NCBI GenBank assembly: GCA_963743855.1
Contig: CAVURK010000008.1
Span: 201,407 to 265,406 of the forward strand
Source: an uncultured Chloroflexia bacterium
Lineage (GTDB): Bacteria; Chloroflexota; Limnocylindria; Limnocylindrales; CSP1-4
DNA length: 64,000 nt
Reading direction: 5' to 3'
In this document: positions 31,241 to 40,892 of the stretch, one piece after another
Layout of the letters: every line of letters begins with the position of its first letter
Numbering within the stretch: position 1 is the stretch's first letter
The notes under the pieces: generated by a model
The model's database searches: none
What the model was told of the DNA's origin: nothing
The model's input: the letters and a program-made list of their open reading frames with translations, nothing else
Program-made: the position numbers and the translations under genes

Positions 31241-32200
31241 ATGACCGAACCGACGCCTCGACGGCGCACCCTGATCCCGCCGCTCGCCTGGCTGTTCGTG
31301 GTCTTCGCGATCGTCGACGCCGTGTGGTACGTCCTCAACGCCACCTTCGATCCGAACACGCCCCTCGCCGACGTCATCGCGCACTGGGTCCAGGTCGTCC
31401 CGTCGGTCACCTCGATCCTGCTGCCCGCCGCCCTCCTGGCGCGTCACCCGGACGCGGGCTGGCGGGCGCGGACCCTCCTGATCGGGACGATCGTGCTGGC
31501 GGTCAGCCAGGGCCTCGTGATCCTGTCCGCCCCGCTCGAGGGCTTCTTCGCGGCGCTGACACCGTCGACGCAGGATCAGCCGGTCGGTCTCGCGTCGCTG
31601 CTGTTCGCGGACGTGACGAACATCGTCATCGCTGTGGGACTGATCACCATCGGCCTGGGCCTCTCGCGCGCCAGGCGATACGAGGACCGCCCGGAATGGG
31701 TGACCGGGCCGTTCGTCGTGGTGCTGGCCATCATCGGGACGATCGACGGCATCGTGGCCACCGCGGGGCTCGACCTGAACGGGCTCCCGATGTCGCTCGG
31801 GCTCGCGGTCTATCTCGCGTCGTCGGCTGTCCTTGGCGTCGTGCGTATCGTGGCGTGGGGCTACCTGGCGGCGATGGCCTGGCGCGGCGCGTTCGCCGGT
31901 GAGTCGCCTGCCGGTGGCTGGCGGCTCGCATCGATCGGAAGCGGCGCGGTCATCCTCGCGCTCGTCCTGATCGACCTCGCCGAGATCGTCGGTTACAGCG
32001 ACGAGGGCCTGGCCCTGAGCTACATCACGATCGCCGCCTACTCGATCGGCAACGTGCTCCTGCTTGCAGCGTTCGCCGTCGGGCTGCCGTCACTGGACGA
32101 GCTCGAGGACGAGGACGAGGACGAGGGGGAAGACGACGAAGACGACGGGGACGAGGACGACGAGGACGACGCCCGATACGAGGACGACGACGACCTCTAG
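31241..32200 (+). CDS. polytopic membrane protein with a ~35-residue poly-Asp/Glu C-terminal tail
   Basis: About 7 hydrophobic segments. It ends SLDELEDEDEDEGEDDEDDGDEDDEDDARYEDDDDL. Intact. Confidence 0.7.
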   Translation: MTEPTPRRRTLIPPLAWLFVVFAIVDAVWYVLNATFDPNTPLADVIAHWVQVVPSVTSILLPAALLARHPDAGWRARTLLIGTIVLAVSQGLVILSAPLEGFFAALTPSTQDQPVGLASLLFADVTNIVIAVGLITIGLGLSRARRYEDRPEWVTGPFVVVLAIIGTIDGIVATAGLDLNGLPMSLGLAVYLASSAVLGVVRIVAWGYLAAMAWRGAFAGESPAGGWRLASIGSGAVILALVLIDLAEIVGYSDEGLALSYITIAAYSIGNVLLLAAFAVGLPSLDELEDEDEDEGEDDEDDGDEDDEDDARYEDDDDL

Positions 32201-32215
32201 CCCGCCGCCACGCCG

Positions 32216-32818
32216 TCAGGCTCGATCGGTCGGCAGCGCGCTGACGAGGTTGCGCAGGAAATTGAGGCCCTCGTCGACCTGCTCGAGCGTGGCATAGGGT
32301 CCGGGCATCAGGACGCACGGCCGGCCGGCGAGGGCGACGCCCGGCAGGTGACCCCACGGCTCGGTCAGAGGGCGGCCGGCACAGATGGTCGCCACGCGCT
32401 TGTAGATGAAGACGATGGCCGCCGGCCGCCAGATGGCGATCTTCTGCCAGAGCGGTCCGACCCCGGCAGTCAGCTCGGCATCCGTCGCGACGTCGCGGGC
32501 GGTCGGGATCTTGAGCAGGTCGGTGATGCCGTGGCCGGCCTCCATCAACGCGTCATCCGCGGTCTCGACCGGCGTCCCGGGCGGGATCACGCCACCCGTC
32601 ATCAGGCGGCGGAGGAAGGTCCGGCCGAGCTGGCCCTGGTGATAGTGCCCGGCGGTGACGCTGACCGGGGACGGATTGAGCCCGACGAACAGGAGCCGGT
32701 CGCGGAGCGGCGGGAGGTCCTCGAGGGTCTCGACCGGCTCCCCGCCGATCATGATCGTCGTCCGATGGAGCCCGGGTCCGGGTCGGCGGGTCAGGTCGGC
32801 CAGCTCGTCGGACGTCAT
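32216..32818 (-). CDS. mug: mismatch-specific uracil-DNA glycosylase (MUG/UDG family 2-like)
   Basis: Motifs: LLFVGLNPSPVSVTAGHYHQG...ITDLLKIPT...IVFIYK. ATG at 32818. Confidence 0.65.
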   Translation of the reverse strand: MTSDELADLTRRPGPGLHRTTIMIGGEPVETLEDLPPLRDRLLFVGLNPSPVSVTAGHYHQGQLGRTFLRRLMTGGVIPPGTPVETADDALMEAGHGITDLLKIPTARDVATDAELTAGVGPLWQKIAIWRPAAIVFIYKRVATICAGRPLTEPWGHLPGVALAGRPCVLMPGPYATLEQVDEGLNFLRNLVSALPTDRA

Positions 32819-32870
32819 CGAGGCGCGATCCGCCGCGTGGACCGAAGTCGCGTCGTGAGCCCGACGATGT

Positions 32871-32893
32871 CCGCCCTCTCGAGTGTCGGGCGG
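32871..32893 (-). terminator. hairpin CCGCCC-N11-GGGCGG immediately after tatA
   Basis: 6-bp GC stem ending 2 nt from the tatA stop. Confidence 0.3.
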
Positions 32894-32894
32894 C

Positions 32895-33104
32895 TCAAGC
32901 CGGCCGGTCGCCGGGGGGATCGGTCGGTTCGGCCGGCCCGGATGTGCGTGCCTGGATCTCGGCCTGCGCCTTGACGGCCTCGGTCTTGGCTTCGCGGACG
33001 CCGCGCCCGAGCGTCGAACCCCATTTCGGAAGGGTCTTCGGACCACGCCAGACCAGGACGGCGACCAGGATGACGATGAGGATGATCAGAACGTCGGATC
33101 CCAT
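32895..33104 (-). CDS. tatA: twin-arginine translocase subunit TatA/E
   Basis: 69 codons. Reads MGSDVLIILIVILVAVLVWRGPKTLPKWGSTLGRGVREAK. A TM helix followed by an amphipathic helix. Confidence 0.85.
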   Translation of the reverse strand: MGSDVLIILIVILVAVLVWRGPKTLPKWGSTLGRGVREAKTEAVKAQAEIQARTSGPAEPTDPPGDRPA

Positions 33105-33124
33105 GGGCCGATGGTACAGCGCGG

Positions 33125-33523
33125 CTAGCGCGGGCGGCGTGCGACCGGGATGACGAGCCGGATGGCCGTGTGGGTGGCCGAGAACGACGCGACCTTGTTG
33201 TCGACGAGTCGAGCCGCCTTCCCCGCCTCGATGACATCGACATCGCGCAGCGTCCTCGTCTCGCCCTTGCGTGAGACGACCCAGATCGCGCCGTTCGAGC
33301 GGATCTGCGCCGCCAGGTCCTTGAGCGGTCCGAGCGACTCGTACGAATCGGCGCCGAAGAGCACGACGTCGGTGTCGGGTTCGGGCCAGCCCTCGGTCAG
33401 GTCCGTCGTTCGGTCGGCGATCTGCAGCCGGATGTCTGGGTCGTCGATGTCGATGATCGCGACGCGCATCCCCGGGCGGATCCCGAGCTTGTCGAGCAGC
33501 GGCGTGGTGTAGACGCGTTCCAT
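33125..33523 (-). CDS. small conserved protein, possibly DUF3052 (unverified)
   Basis: Reads MERVYTTPLLDKLGIRPGMRVAIIDIDDPD...IWVVSRKG. Intact. Confidence 0.6.
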   Translation of the reverse strand: MERVYTTPLLDKLGIRPGMRVAIIDIDDPDIRLQIADRTTDLTEGWPEPDTDVVLFGADSYESLGPLKDLAAQIRSNGAIWVVSRKGETRTLRDVDVIEAGKAARLVDNKVASFSATHTAIRLVIPVARRPR

Positions 33524-33529
33524 GCCCGC

Positions 33530-33535
33530 TATCGT
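33530..33535 (+). promoter_or_regulatory. -10-like TATCGT, 8 nt before ATG 33544 (leaderless layout)
   Basis: It lies inside the 20-bp divergent spacer between starts 33523 (-) and 33544 (+). Confidence 0.3.
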
Positions 33536-33543
33536 GCCATGCC

Positions 33544-35262
33544 ATGTTGCTGGTCTATGGCCCACGGTCGCCGACGTACGACTTCGGGCCGGGGCATCCG
33601 CTCACGCCGCGACGGTTCGGGCCCGGGCTGGACCTGCTTCGGGCGGTCGGCGCGGAACCCGGCCTGGCGCCCGAGCCTGCACCGGACGACGAGCTCCTGT
33701 GGTGCCATACGGCCCGCTACATCGACACGGTCAAGCGCTTCTCCGTCGATCCGTTCGGGTTCCCCTCGGCCGGGATCGGCGAAGGCGGCGACGATCCGCC
33801 GTTCGCGGGGATGCACGATGCCGGTGCGGCCGTCGCCGGGGGTTCGCTGCGGGCCATCGAAGCCGTTCTGCGTGGCGAGGTCGAGCACGCCTTCCACCCG
33901 GGCGGCGGCCTCCATCACGCGATGCCCGATCGGGCCTCGGGCTTCTGCATCTACGACGACCCGGCGCTCGCGATCTCCCGCGCGCGCCGGGACGGGCTGC
34001 GCGTGCTGTACGTGGACCTCGATGTCCACCACGGTGACGGGGTCCAGGCGATCCACGCCGCCGACCCGGGCGTGCTGACGTTGTCCTTCCACGAGACCGG
34101 TCGATACCTGTTCCCGGGGACGGGCGGGGTGGGCGAGCTGGGCGATGGCACAGCCGCCGGGACGTCGGTGAACGTGCCACTGGAACCCGGCACCGGGGAG
34201 GCAGCCTGGCTGGGCGCCGTGCGGACACTGCTCCCCGAGCTGGCCGCCGCGTTCGGTCCGGACGTCATCGTGTCGCAGCACGGGGCGGATTCGCACGCCT
34301 GGGACCCGCTGGCGCACCTGCTGGTGACGACGACCGCGATGGGCGAGGCGGCGCGGCTCGTGGACCGGGTGGCGCATCGGTATGCGGGCGGCCGATGGCT
34401 CGCGACCGGGGGCGGGGGCTATGACGCGTATCGGGTCGTGCCTCGCTCCTGGAGTCTCGTCTGGCTGGCCGGCGCGCATCGCCAGGTACCCGATGCGACC
34501 CCGGTCGCATGGCGGGAGCGGTGGGCGACCGAGGGCGCCCGGTACGGGCAGGCGCCGCTCCCGGCGACATTCGACGACGCAGCGAATGCGGGGCTCGACA
34601 TGGATCCGTCACAGGCGGCCGCCGAGGTTCGCTCGCTCGAGACCGCGGCCCTCGTTCGACGACTCGTCGTGCCACGGCTTCTGCAGGTGGCGCGCGACCG
34701 AGGCTGGTGGGATCCGGGGGCGGATGCGAAACCGAAGGCGGCGCCGACCGCCGGGACGGCGTCGGGTGCCGGCGAGCCCACGATCGTCGGAGCGATCGAC
34801 GCCGCCGCCTGGGATCGGGTGTCGCTCGCGTCGCGTGTCATCCCACCCTCGGACGCCGCCAGCCGGGCACGCCCTGATCCTCGCGGCGATCCGGGACGGA
34901 GCCTCCGTCTCGGCCGCGCTCGACGGGAGCGTGGTGGTCGGTCTGGCGATCGCCGGTGCGCATGACGAGCGAGGTGAGCGCGAGCTGCTGGCCGTGGGCG
35001 TCGCGCCCGACTACCGGCGGCGAAGACTCGCGCGAGCGCTCCTCGCGGCTCTCGCGCCCAGCGGTGACGCCAACGTCGGACTCCACGCCGAGATCACCAT
35101 CGCTGAGCGAGATCCGATCGAGCCCTTGTCGCGGGATATCCGCGCCTCGATCGCACGCCGTCTCCTCCAGGGCGCCGGCTTCGAGATCGGATCTGCCGAC
35201 CGGGAGCTCGGCCTCGCCGACCGCCGACGTTGCGAGCGGTGCGGCGGACCCGCACGGGGTGA
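33544..35262 (+). pseudogene. AcuC/histone-deacetylase-family enzyme fused to a C-terminal GNAT-like domain; one +1 slip near 34860; 3' end uncertain
   Basis: HDAC motifs: FHPGGGLHHA, ASGFCIYDD, YVDLDVHHGDG, LSFHE, GGGGYD. After a PT/A linker, frame 2 reads ELLAVGVAPDYRRRRLARALL (GNAT motif A-like)...RRLLQGAGFEI. The stop could be ~35262, 35384 or 35428 depending on further slips. Confidence 0.6.
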
Positions 35263-35343
35263 ATTCGAGCGCCCCCGGTCCTGGGGGGACCGGGGGCGAA
35301 GGTTTCGCTCGAGCGGGCTGGGGCCCGCGAGAGAGCGTGTGGG

Positions 35344-36108
35344 TCAGGCGCCTGCAGCGGCAGGTGTCGTGGCCTTGCCCTTGATCGCGCCCGGATGCCA
35401 CGGGGTGCCGAGCATCGGGAGCAGGTAGCGGTCGACGCCGTAGTAGCCGGCGACCTTCCAGCCGAGGATGAGCCCGACCGCGAGGGTGAACAGGACCGGG
35501 TTGACCGATGCCGAGCCCGCGAGCAGGAACGACATGTTCATGAAGGCCCCGAAGAAGGCCGCGAAGCCGGTCAGGACACCCAGCAGGAGGCCGAGCCCGA
35601 CGGCCATCTCACCGAACACGATGAGCGGCGCGAACCAGGTGTAGGCGTTGTTGTCGAGCAGGGTCTGCAGGAATGCGCGGTACCACTCGAAGGTGATCGC
35701 CGGGCTGCCTGCGCCCGCCGCGGGGATCGCGACGGCGTGCTGCCAGTAGCCCTGGAGGGCGCTGCCGCCATCGAGCCATCCGGCGCCGCTGAACTTGTGA
35801 TAGCCGGCCTCGAGGAAGGTGAAGCCGACGAAGAGGCGGATCGGGAGCCAGAACAGGCCGGCCCGCGAGTTGCTGGTCAGGAACCGGGTAAAGGCCGGTC
35901 CTTCGACTTCGATGGTCTCGCCACCCGGGTCCTTGCGCATCTCGAAGAGGACCACGAGGAGGCCGATGAACGAAGCCCAGAACGTGACGGTCACGATCTG
36001 GTCGGCCGTGCTCTTCGGGTCGACCGCGAACCATGGATTGACGATGAGGAACAGGGCGACGGCGGCGACCCCGCCGAGGACTGCTGCAAGAGTCCGCTTG
36101 CTGATCAT
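35344..36108 (-). CDS. DoxX/DoxD-like membrane protein
   Basis: Intact 254-aa ORF with 4-5 TM segments. Reads LPIRLFVGFTFLEAGYHKF...FGEMAVGLGLLLGVLT. Confidence 0.7.
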   Translation of the reverse strand: MISKRTLAAVLGGVAAVALFLIVNPWFAVDPKSTADQIVTVTFWASFIGLLVVLFEMRKDPGGETIEVEGPAFTRFLTSNSRAGLFWLPIRLFVGFTFLEAGYHKFSGAGWLDGGSALQGYWQHAVAIPAAGAGSPAITFEWYRAFLQTLLDNNAYTWFAPLIVFGEMAVGLGLLLGVLTGFAAFFGAFMNMSFLLAGSASVNPVLFTLAVGLILGWKVAGYYGVDRYLLPMLGTPWHPGAIKGKATTPAAAGA

Positions 36109-36302
36109 GTGATGAACCTTCCCTTCCGATCTCGCTGCGTCCCGTCAACGCGACGGGGCTTTGTGTCTATGCGTATTCAAGCCGGGCGCCCGCTGCACGA
36201 GGAATGGCCAAGCGGCCCCCACCACAGGCCATTTGGCCCGTTTTCGCCCGGGACCATCGACGTGGACGGTGTGAACATCTGGTCGAAATTGCCGTCGAGC
36301 GC

Positions 36303-36308
36303 TACACT
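36303..36308 (+). promoter_or_regulatory. -10-like TACACT, 9 nt before GTG 36318 (lhr). The palindrome GTGACC-cgt-GGTCAC (36311-36325) covers the start codon.
   Basis: Read directly from the sequence. Confidence 0.3.
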
Positions 36309-36317
36309 CCGTGACCC

Positions 36318-39300
36318 GTGGTCACAGCTGCCGCCGCCGATCCGCTCGCCCCCTTCTCACCGGCCGTCCGCGACTGGTTCCGGGCAAGCTTCGAAGCACC
36401 GACCGATGCGCAGGCCCGCGGCTGGGTTGCGATCTCCGGCGGTCATCACACGCTCATCCATGCCCCGACGGGCAGTGGCAAGACACTCGCGGCATTCCTC
36501 TGGACGCTGGATCGCCTGGCGACCCATCCGAGCCCGACGCCGACGCGCGAGGCGCCGGGTCTCGTCCGCGTCCTCTACATCTCGCCGCTCAAGGCGCTCA
36601 CCTACGACATCGAGCGCAACCTCCGCGCGCCGCTGACCGGGATCGCCCTCGCCGCCGAGCGGCTCGGCGAGCCGGTGCCGAGCATCTCCGTCGCCAGCCG
36701 GACCGGCGACACGGCGGCCGAGGATCGCCGCGGGATCGCCCGCCACCCACCCGACATCCTGATCACGACCCCCGAGTCGCTCTACCTGATGCTGACCAGC
36801 GCCGCCCGCGAGGTCCTGCGCGGGGTCGAGTACGTGATCGTCGACGAGGTCCACGCCATCGCCGGTTCCAAGCGCGGCGCGCACCTCGCCCTGAGCCTCG
36901 AGCGACTCGAGGCGCTCCGAGACGCCGCAGACCCGGACGCGCGACCGATGCAACGGATCGGGCTGTCGGCCACGCAACGGCCGCTCGACACGATCGCGCG
37001 CTTCCTCGGCGGCGTCGGTCCGGGTCGCGAGGTCACGATCGTCGACGCCGGGACGCGCAAGCCACTCGATCTCCAGGTCGTCGTCCCGGTCGACGACATG
37101 TCGGCGATGGGCGAGGTCCTGCCCCTCGACCAGCAGCCCGGCGGACCGGCCACCGGCGGCGACATGCGGACGAGCATCTGGCCGGCGATCCACCCGCGGA
37201 TCCTCGAGCTGATCCGGAGCCACCGGAGCACGATCGTCTTCACCAACAGCCGGCGGCTGTCCGAGCGCCTCGCGCAGCGCCTCAACGAGCTGGCCGGCGA
37301 GGAGCTGGTCCGGGCACACCACGGCAGCATCGCCCGCGAGCAGCGTGTCTTCATCGAGGAGGAGCTCAAGGCCGGACGGCTCCCCGCGCTGGTCGCCACG
37401 TCCAGCCTCGAGCTCGGGATCGACATGGGCGCCGTCGATCTCGTGATCCAGGTCGAGAGCCCGACCAGCGTCGCCCGCGGGCTGCAACGGATCGGCCGAG
37501 CCGGACACCAGGTCGGCGCTCCGAGCAAGGGCGTGATCTTCCCGAAGTACCGCGGCGACCTGCTCGAATGCGCGATCGTCACCCGTCGGATGCACGAAGG
37601 CGCGATCGAGACGACCGTGATCCCGCGCAATCCTCTCGACGTCCTCGCCCAGCAGCTGGTCGCGATGACGGTGATGGATCGCTGGTCGGTGGACGACCTG
37701 CTCGCCACGGCCCAGCGGGCGTCGCCCTACGAGACGCTGAACCGGGAGGTCCTCGAGGGCGTCCTCGGGATGCTGGCCGGCGCCTATCCGTCGGACGAGT
37801 TCGCCGAGCTCAAGCCGCGTGTCGTCTGGGACCGCGTGACCGACATCGTCGAGGGCCGTCGCGATGCGCGGGTCGTCGCCGTGACCAGCGGCGGGACGAT
37901 CCCGGATCGCGGGCTCTTCGGGGTGTTCATGGTCGGCGAGGCCGGCACCCCCGGGCGTCGTGTCGGCGAGCTCGACGAGGAGATGGTCTACGAGCTCCGT
38001 GCCGGGATGCACGGCGACGTCGTCGTCCTCGGCGCCAGCAGCTGGCGCGTCGAGGAGATCAGCCACGACCGGGTGACCGTCAGCCCCGCGCCCGGCGTCC
38101 CGGGCAAGCTGCCGTTCTGGCACGGCGACGCGGTCGGACGGCCGGTCGAGCTCGGGCGGGCACTCGGTGCCTTCGTCGGCGAGCTCGAAGCCGACCTGGC
38201 GCGCGGCGAGAAGGGACGCCGCGCCGCGACGGCGCGGCTGCGCGAGACGCACGACCTCGATGAGCGCGCCGCCGACAACCTGCTCGCCTATCTCGACGAC
38301 GAGCGCGAGGTGACCGGGTCGCTGCCGACCGACAAGCGGATCGTCGTCGAGCGCTTCCGCGACGAGCTCGGCGATTGGCGGCTGTGCATCCTCAGCCCGT
38401 TCGGTGGACGGGTCCACCAGCCGTGGTCGCTCGCCCTCGAGGCGCGGATCGGCGAGCGGCTCGGGCTCGAGGTCCAGACGATCTGGTCGGACGACGGGAT
38501 CGCCATCCGGCTGCCCGAGGGCGATGCCTCGCTCGATGGCATCGAAGCGCTGCTCTTCCCCGAGCCCGACGATCTCGAGGACCTCGTCGTCGGCCAGCTC
38601 GCGACATCGGCCCTGTTCGCCAGCCGGTTCCGCGAGAACGCGGCCCGGGCGCTCCTCCTGCCACGACGCCGGCCCGGGACGCGGACGCCACTCTGGCAGC
38701 AGCGCCAGCGCTCGGCCGACCTCCTGGCCGTCGCATCGCGCTACGGCTCGTTCCCGATCCTGGTCGAGACCTACCGCGAATGCCTGTCGGATGTCTTCGA
38801 CCTGCCCGGCCTGCGCGACATCCTCGGCGGCGTCGCCCGCCGCGAGATCGCGGTCCACGGTGTCGAGACCGTTCGCGCCTCGCCGTTCGCGGGCAGCCTG
38901 ATGTTCGACTACGTCGCGGCCTACATGTACGACGGCGACACCCCGATCGCCGAGCGCCGCGCCGGCGCGCTCACGCTCGATCGCGACCTGCTGCGCGAGC
39001 TGCTCGGCCAGGAGGAGCTTCGCGAGCTGCTCGACCCGGATGCGCTGGCCGATCTCGAGCTGAGCCTCCAGGCCCTCACCGATGACAGGCGGGCGACGAC
39101 CCTCGACGGTGTCCACGACCTGCTCCGGCGGCTCGGCGACCTGTCGGCGGCCGAGGTCGCGGCACGGACCGAAGGAGGCGACGCGGCCGCCGGCCCATGG
39201 CTCGAGGAGCTTGCCGCGGCGCGCCGCGCCGTCCGGACACGGGTCGCCGGTGACGACCGCTGGCTCGCGATCGAGGACGTCGCGCGGTACCGCGACGGGG

Positions 39301-40892
39301 TCGGGATCACGCCCCCGGTCGGGATCCCGGCGGCCTTCCTCGGACCGGCCGCGGGGGCGCTGGACGGCCTGTTGTCCCGCTACGCGCGGACCCATGGCCC
39401 GTTCCTGACGCCCGACCCGGCCCGCCGCTGGGGTCTCCCGGTCGGGGTCGTCGGCGACGCGCTGGAGCGCCTGCTCGCCGCCGGTTCGCTGCTCCGTGGC
39501 GAGTTCCGTCCGGGCGGCGCCGAGCGTGAATGGTGCGACCCCGAGGTCCTGCGTCTGCTGCGCCGCCGCTCGCTCGCCCGCCTGCGACGCGAGGTCGAAC
39601 CGGTCGATCCGGCTGCGCTGGCCCGGTTCCTGCCCGAGTGGCAGGGCGTGGCGGCGCTCGGCGCGACGCGACCGCCGCTCCGCGCCACGGCGGCCCTGGA
39701 GCGCCTGGCCGAGGTGGTCGACCAGCTCGCCGGGCTGCCGATCCCCGCGTCGGTCCTCGAGCGCGACGTGCTCCCGGCGCGGGTCGCCGGCTACCAGCCG
39801 CGCCTTCTCGACGAGCTGGGAGCGCTCGGCGAGGTCGCCTGGGTGGGGCGGGGGAGCCTCGGCCGCGACGACGGGCGAGTCGCCCTCGTCCGGCCGGGCC
39901 GCGAGATCCTGCGGCCGCTCGGAACGCCCGATGGCACGGAGTCGCCGATGGAGCCGCGTCATGTCGCGATCCGCGACCACCTGGCCGCTCGTGGTGCCTC
40001 GTTCTACCGCGAGCTGTTCGCCGCGGCACACGGGACCTCGGATCGCGAGGTCCTCGACGCGCTGTGGGACCTCGTGTGGGCCGGCGAGGTCACCAATGAC
40101 ACGTTCGCGCCGCTGCGCGCCCTGCGCTGGAAGCGGACCGGCAGCGGCGGGCGCCGGACCGTCGGCCGACCCGGCCGGCTGACCGCTCTCGGTCCACCCG
40201 AGGCCGCCGGCCGCTGGTCGCTCGTCGCGCCCGACGCGGGACTCGCGACCGCAACGGAGCGGCTCCACGCCCAGAGCCTGGCCCTCCTCGACCGGCACGG
40301 TGTCGTGACCCGCGAGGCCGTCGCGACCGAGGGGGTCGAGGGAGGCTTTGCGGCGGTCTACCCGGTCCTCCGGGCGATGGAGGACGCCGGCCGGATCCGG
40401 CGCGGGTACTTCGTGGACGGTCTCGGGGCGGCCCAGTTCGCGCTCGCCGGGGCGCTCGACCGGTTGCGCGCGACGCGAGAGCCGGCCGATCCCGCGTCGC
40501 GCGGCGCGGTCCACCTCCTCGCCGCCGCGGATCCCGCGAACCCGTATGGCGCAGCGCTTGCCTGGCCGCGGCGTGGTGAGACCGACCGCCGGCCGCTCCA
40601 GCGCGCGGCCGGCGCCTACGTCGTCCTGGTGGACGGCGTCGCAGCGACCTACCTGGAGCGTGGCGGATCGACGATCCAGACGCTGCCCGCGGCCGACGAC
40701 CCGGCCGTGGCGGTCACCGCGTTCCGTGCCCTGCGCGCGCTCGTGGCCGACGGACGCATCCGCGAGCTCGTCATCCGCAAGGTCGATGGCGACGACGTCG
40801 CGGTGTCGGCGTGGCGACCGCTCCTGCTCGAGGCCGGCTTCGCGGCCGGCTATCGCGGTCTCGTGCTTCGTCCCCCGCGGACCGGGGCCTGA
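36318..40892 (+). CDS. lhr: large ATP-dependent helicase Lhr (DEAH box plus long C-terminal extension)
   Basis: Intact 1524-aa ORF. Motifs: APTGSGKTLAAFL, VIVDEVHAI, LSAT, TNSRR, VATSSLELGIDMG, QRIGRAGH. A Lhr-type C-terminal region follows. Confidence 0.92.
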   Translation: MVTAAAADPLAPFSPAVRDWFRASFEAPTDAQARGWVAISGGHHTLIHAPTGSGKTLAAFLWTLDRLATHPSPTPTREAPGLVRVLYISPLKALTYDIERNLRAPLTGIALAAERLGEPVPSISVASRTGDTAAEDRRGIARHPPDILITTPESLYLMLTSAAREVLRGVEYVIVDEVHAIAGSKRGAHLALSLERLEALRDAADPDARPMQRIGLSATQRPLDTIARFLGGVGPGREVTIVDAGTRKPLDLQVVVPVDDMSAMGEVLPLDQQPGGPATGGDMRTSIWPAIHPRILELIRSHRSTIVFTNSRRLSERLAQRLNELAGEELVRAHHGSIAREQRVFIEEELKAGRLPALVATSSLELGIDMGAVDLVIQVESPTSVARGLQRIGRAGHQVGAPSKGVIFPKYRGDLLECAIVTRRMHEGAIETTVIPRNPLDVLAQQLVAMTVMDRWSVDDLLATAQRASPYETLNREVLEGVLGMLAGAYPSDEFAELKPRVVWDRVTDIVEGRRDARVVAVTSGGTIPDRGLFGVFMVGEAGTPGRRVGELDEEMVYELRAGMHGDVVVLGASSWRVEEISHDRVTVSPAPGVPGKLPFWHGDAVGRPVELGRALGAFVGELEADLARGEKGRRAATARLRETHDLDERAADNLLAYLDDEREVTGSLPTDKRIVVERFRDELGDWRLCILSPFGGRVHQPWSLALEARIGERLGLEVQTIWSDDGIAIRLPEGDASLDGIEALLFPEPDDLEDLVVGQLATSALFASRFRENAARALLLPRRRPGTRTPLWQQRQRSADLLAVASRYGSFPILVETYRECLSDVFDLPGLRDILGGVARREIAVHGVETVRASPFAGSLMFDYVAAYMYDGDTPIAERRAGALTLDRDLLRELLGQEELRELLDPDALADLELSLQALTDDRRATTLDGVHDLLRRLGDLSAAEVAARTEGGDAAAGPWLEELAAARRAVRTRVAGDDRWLAIEDVARYRDGVGITPPVGIPAAFLGPAAGALDGLLSRYARTHGPFLTPDPARRWGLPVGVVGDALERLLAAGSLLRGEFRPGGAEREWCDPEVLRLLRRRSLARLRREVEPVDPAALARFLPEWQGVAALGATRPPLRATAALERLAEVVDQLAGLPIPASVLERDVLPARVAGYQPRLLDELGALGEVAWVGRGSLGRDDGRVALVRPGREILRPLGTPDGTESPMEPRHVAIRDHLAARGASFYRELFAAAHGTSDREVLDALWDLVWAGEVTNDTFAPLRALRWKRTGSGGRRTVGRPGRLTALGPPEAAGRWSLVAPDAGLATATERLHAQSLALLDRHGVVTREAVATEGVEGGFAAVYPVLRAMEDAGRIRRGYFVDGLGAAQFALAGALDRLRATREPADPASRGAVHLLAAADPANPYGAALAWPRRGETDRRPLQRAAGAYVVLVDGVAATYLERGGSTIQTLPAADDPAVAVTAFRALRALVADGRIRELVIRKVDGDDVAVSAWRPLLLEAGFAAGYRGLVLRPPRTGA

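Noticed and set aside
32095-32197. The GAC/GAG/GAA-rich tandem stretch considered as a non-coding microsatellite.
   Set aside because: It is in frame with, and terminates, a convincing membrane-protein ORF. It is reported as an acidic tail instead.
36271-36286. GTGAACATCTGGTCGA upstream of lhr, considered as an actinobacterial SOS box (TCGAAC-N4-GTTCGA).
   Set aside because: There are three mismatches, including one in the GTTC core (GGTC). A single occurrence is not enough to call without genome-wide statistics.
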